This document shows positions 63,701-64,000 of a stretch of DNA of 64,000 bases, in pieces. The translations under genes were made by a program, and so were the position numbers. Source of the DNA: Chlorokybus atmophyticus (Eukaryota; Plantae; Mesostigma and Chlorokybus algae); contig RHPI01003330.1 of the NCBI GenBank assembly GCA_009103225.1, positions 454,845 to 518,844 of the forward strand, written 5' to 3'. Each line of letters begins with the position of its first letter. Within the stretch, counting starts at the first letter, position 1. The notes beneath the pieces were generated by a model. It was not told where the DNA came from. It searched no databases and saw only the letters and a program-made list of their open reading frames with translations.

Positions 63701-64000
63701 GTCCACAACCCTAGTTACCTGGAAGATTGTGAGGCATGCGTGGATGATGTTGTCAAAGTTCCATCGCGGGGTGTACGATCGCCCAAGTCGCACGAGATAC
63801 TGGAACTCTTTTGAAATCGATGTCGAATTGAGATTGGCACCAAGCATGTCGGTGTCGCTCTCGTTGCTCCAGGCGGTGCGAGGGTACCGCTCGCAGAAGC
63901 CGCCCGGGAAGGCACCCGTGCCCGCAGGGTCAAACATCCCAACCTGATTGCATACAGTCAGATTAAACATGTGTGTGTGCGTGTGCGTGGCGGGGGGTGT
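58517..64000 (-). CDS. CAV: Four-domain voltage-gated Ca2+/Na+ channel alpha subunit (5' part lies beyond the window)
   Basis: Domain II pore TGDNW and S6; domain III S4 LRALRTLRALRPIR and pore TLSNW; III-IV linker; domain IV S4 LRILRVARIFR and pore TGDNW; EF-like segment; IQ motif YVQAAVRGFLTR. Confidence 0.95.

Overview
Eukaryotic, intron-rich nuclear DNA from a green alga, probably an early-diverging streptophyte. This is an inference from the co-occurrence of a chromomethylase, plant-type APR, MDAR6, ERdj3A and BBR, a four-domain voltage-gated channel and a QRICH2/DUF4795-like flagellar protein. About 16 spliced genes were reconstructed by hand: a hypothetical protein, APS reductase, a CYP711-clan P450, ERdj3A, UXT, a hypothetical membrane/coiled-coil protein, otubain, a CCX exchanger, MDAR, CMT, a ferredoxin-MBL fusion, a DUF4795-like coiled-coil protein, a bacterial-like putative glycosyltransferase, a conserved plant hypothetical protein, a BBR RING E3, and the 3' three-quarters of a four-domain channel. 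Also present are a pogo/Tc1-type MITE, microsatellites and an assembly gap. Main oddities: (1) in a subset of genes a strong G/C skew is phased to splice sites, G-rich around donors and C-rich around acceptors, extending into synonymous codon positions; (2) at least 9 probable GC-AG introns; (3) a non-canonical x-D-S-D selectivity filter in the channel; (4) an intronised gene of apparently bacterial type; (5) a CMT with a large charged insertion in its chromodomain. All gene models are manual, so boundaries are approximate. Family assignments come from recalled motifs, not database searches.
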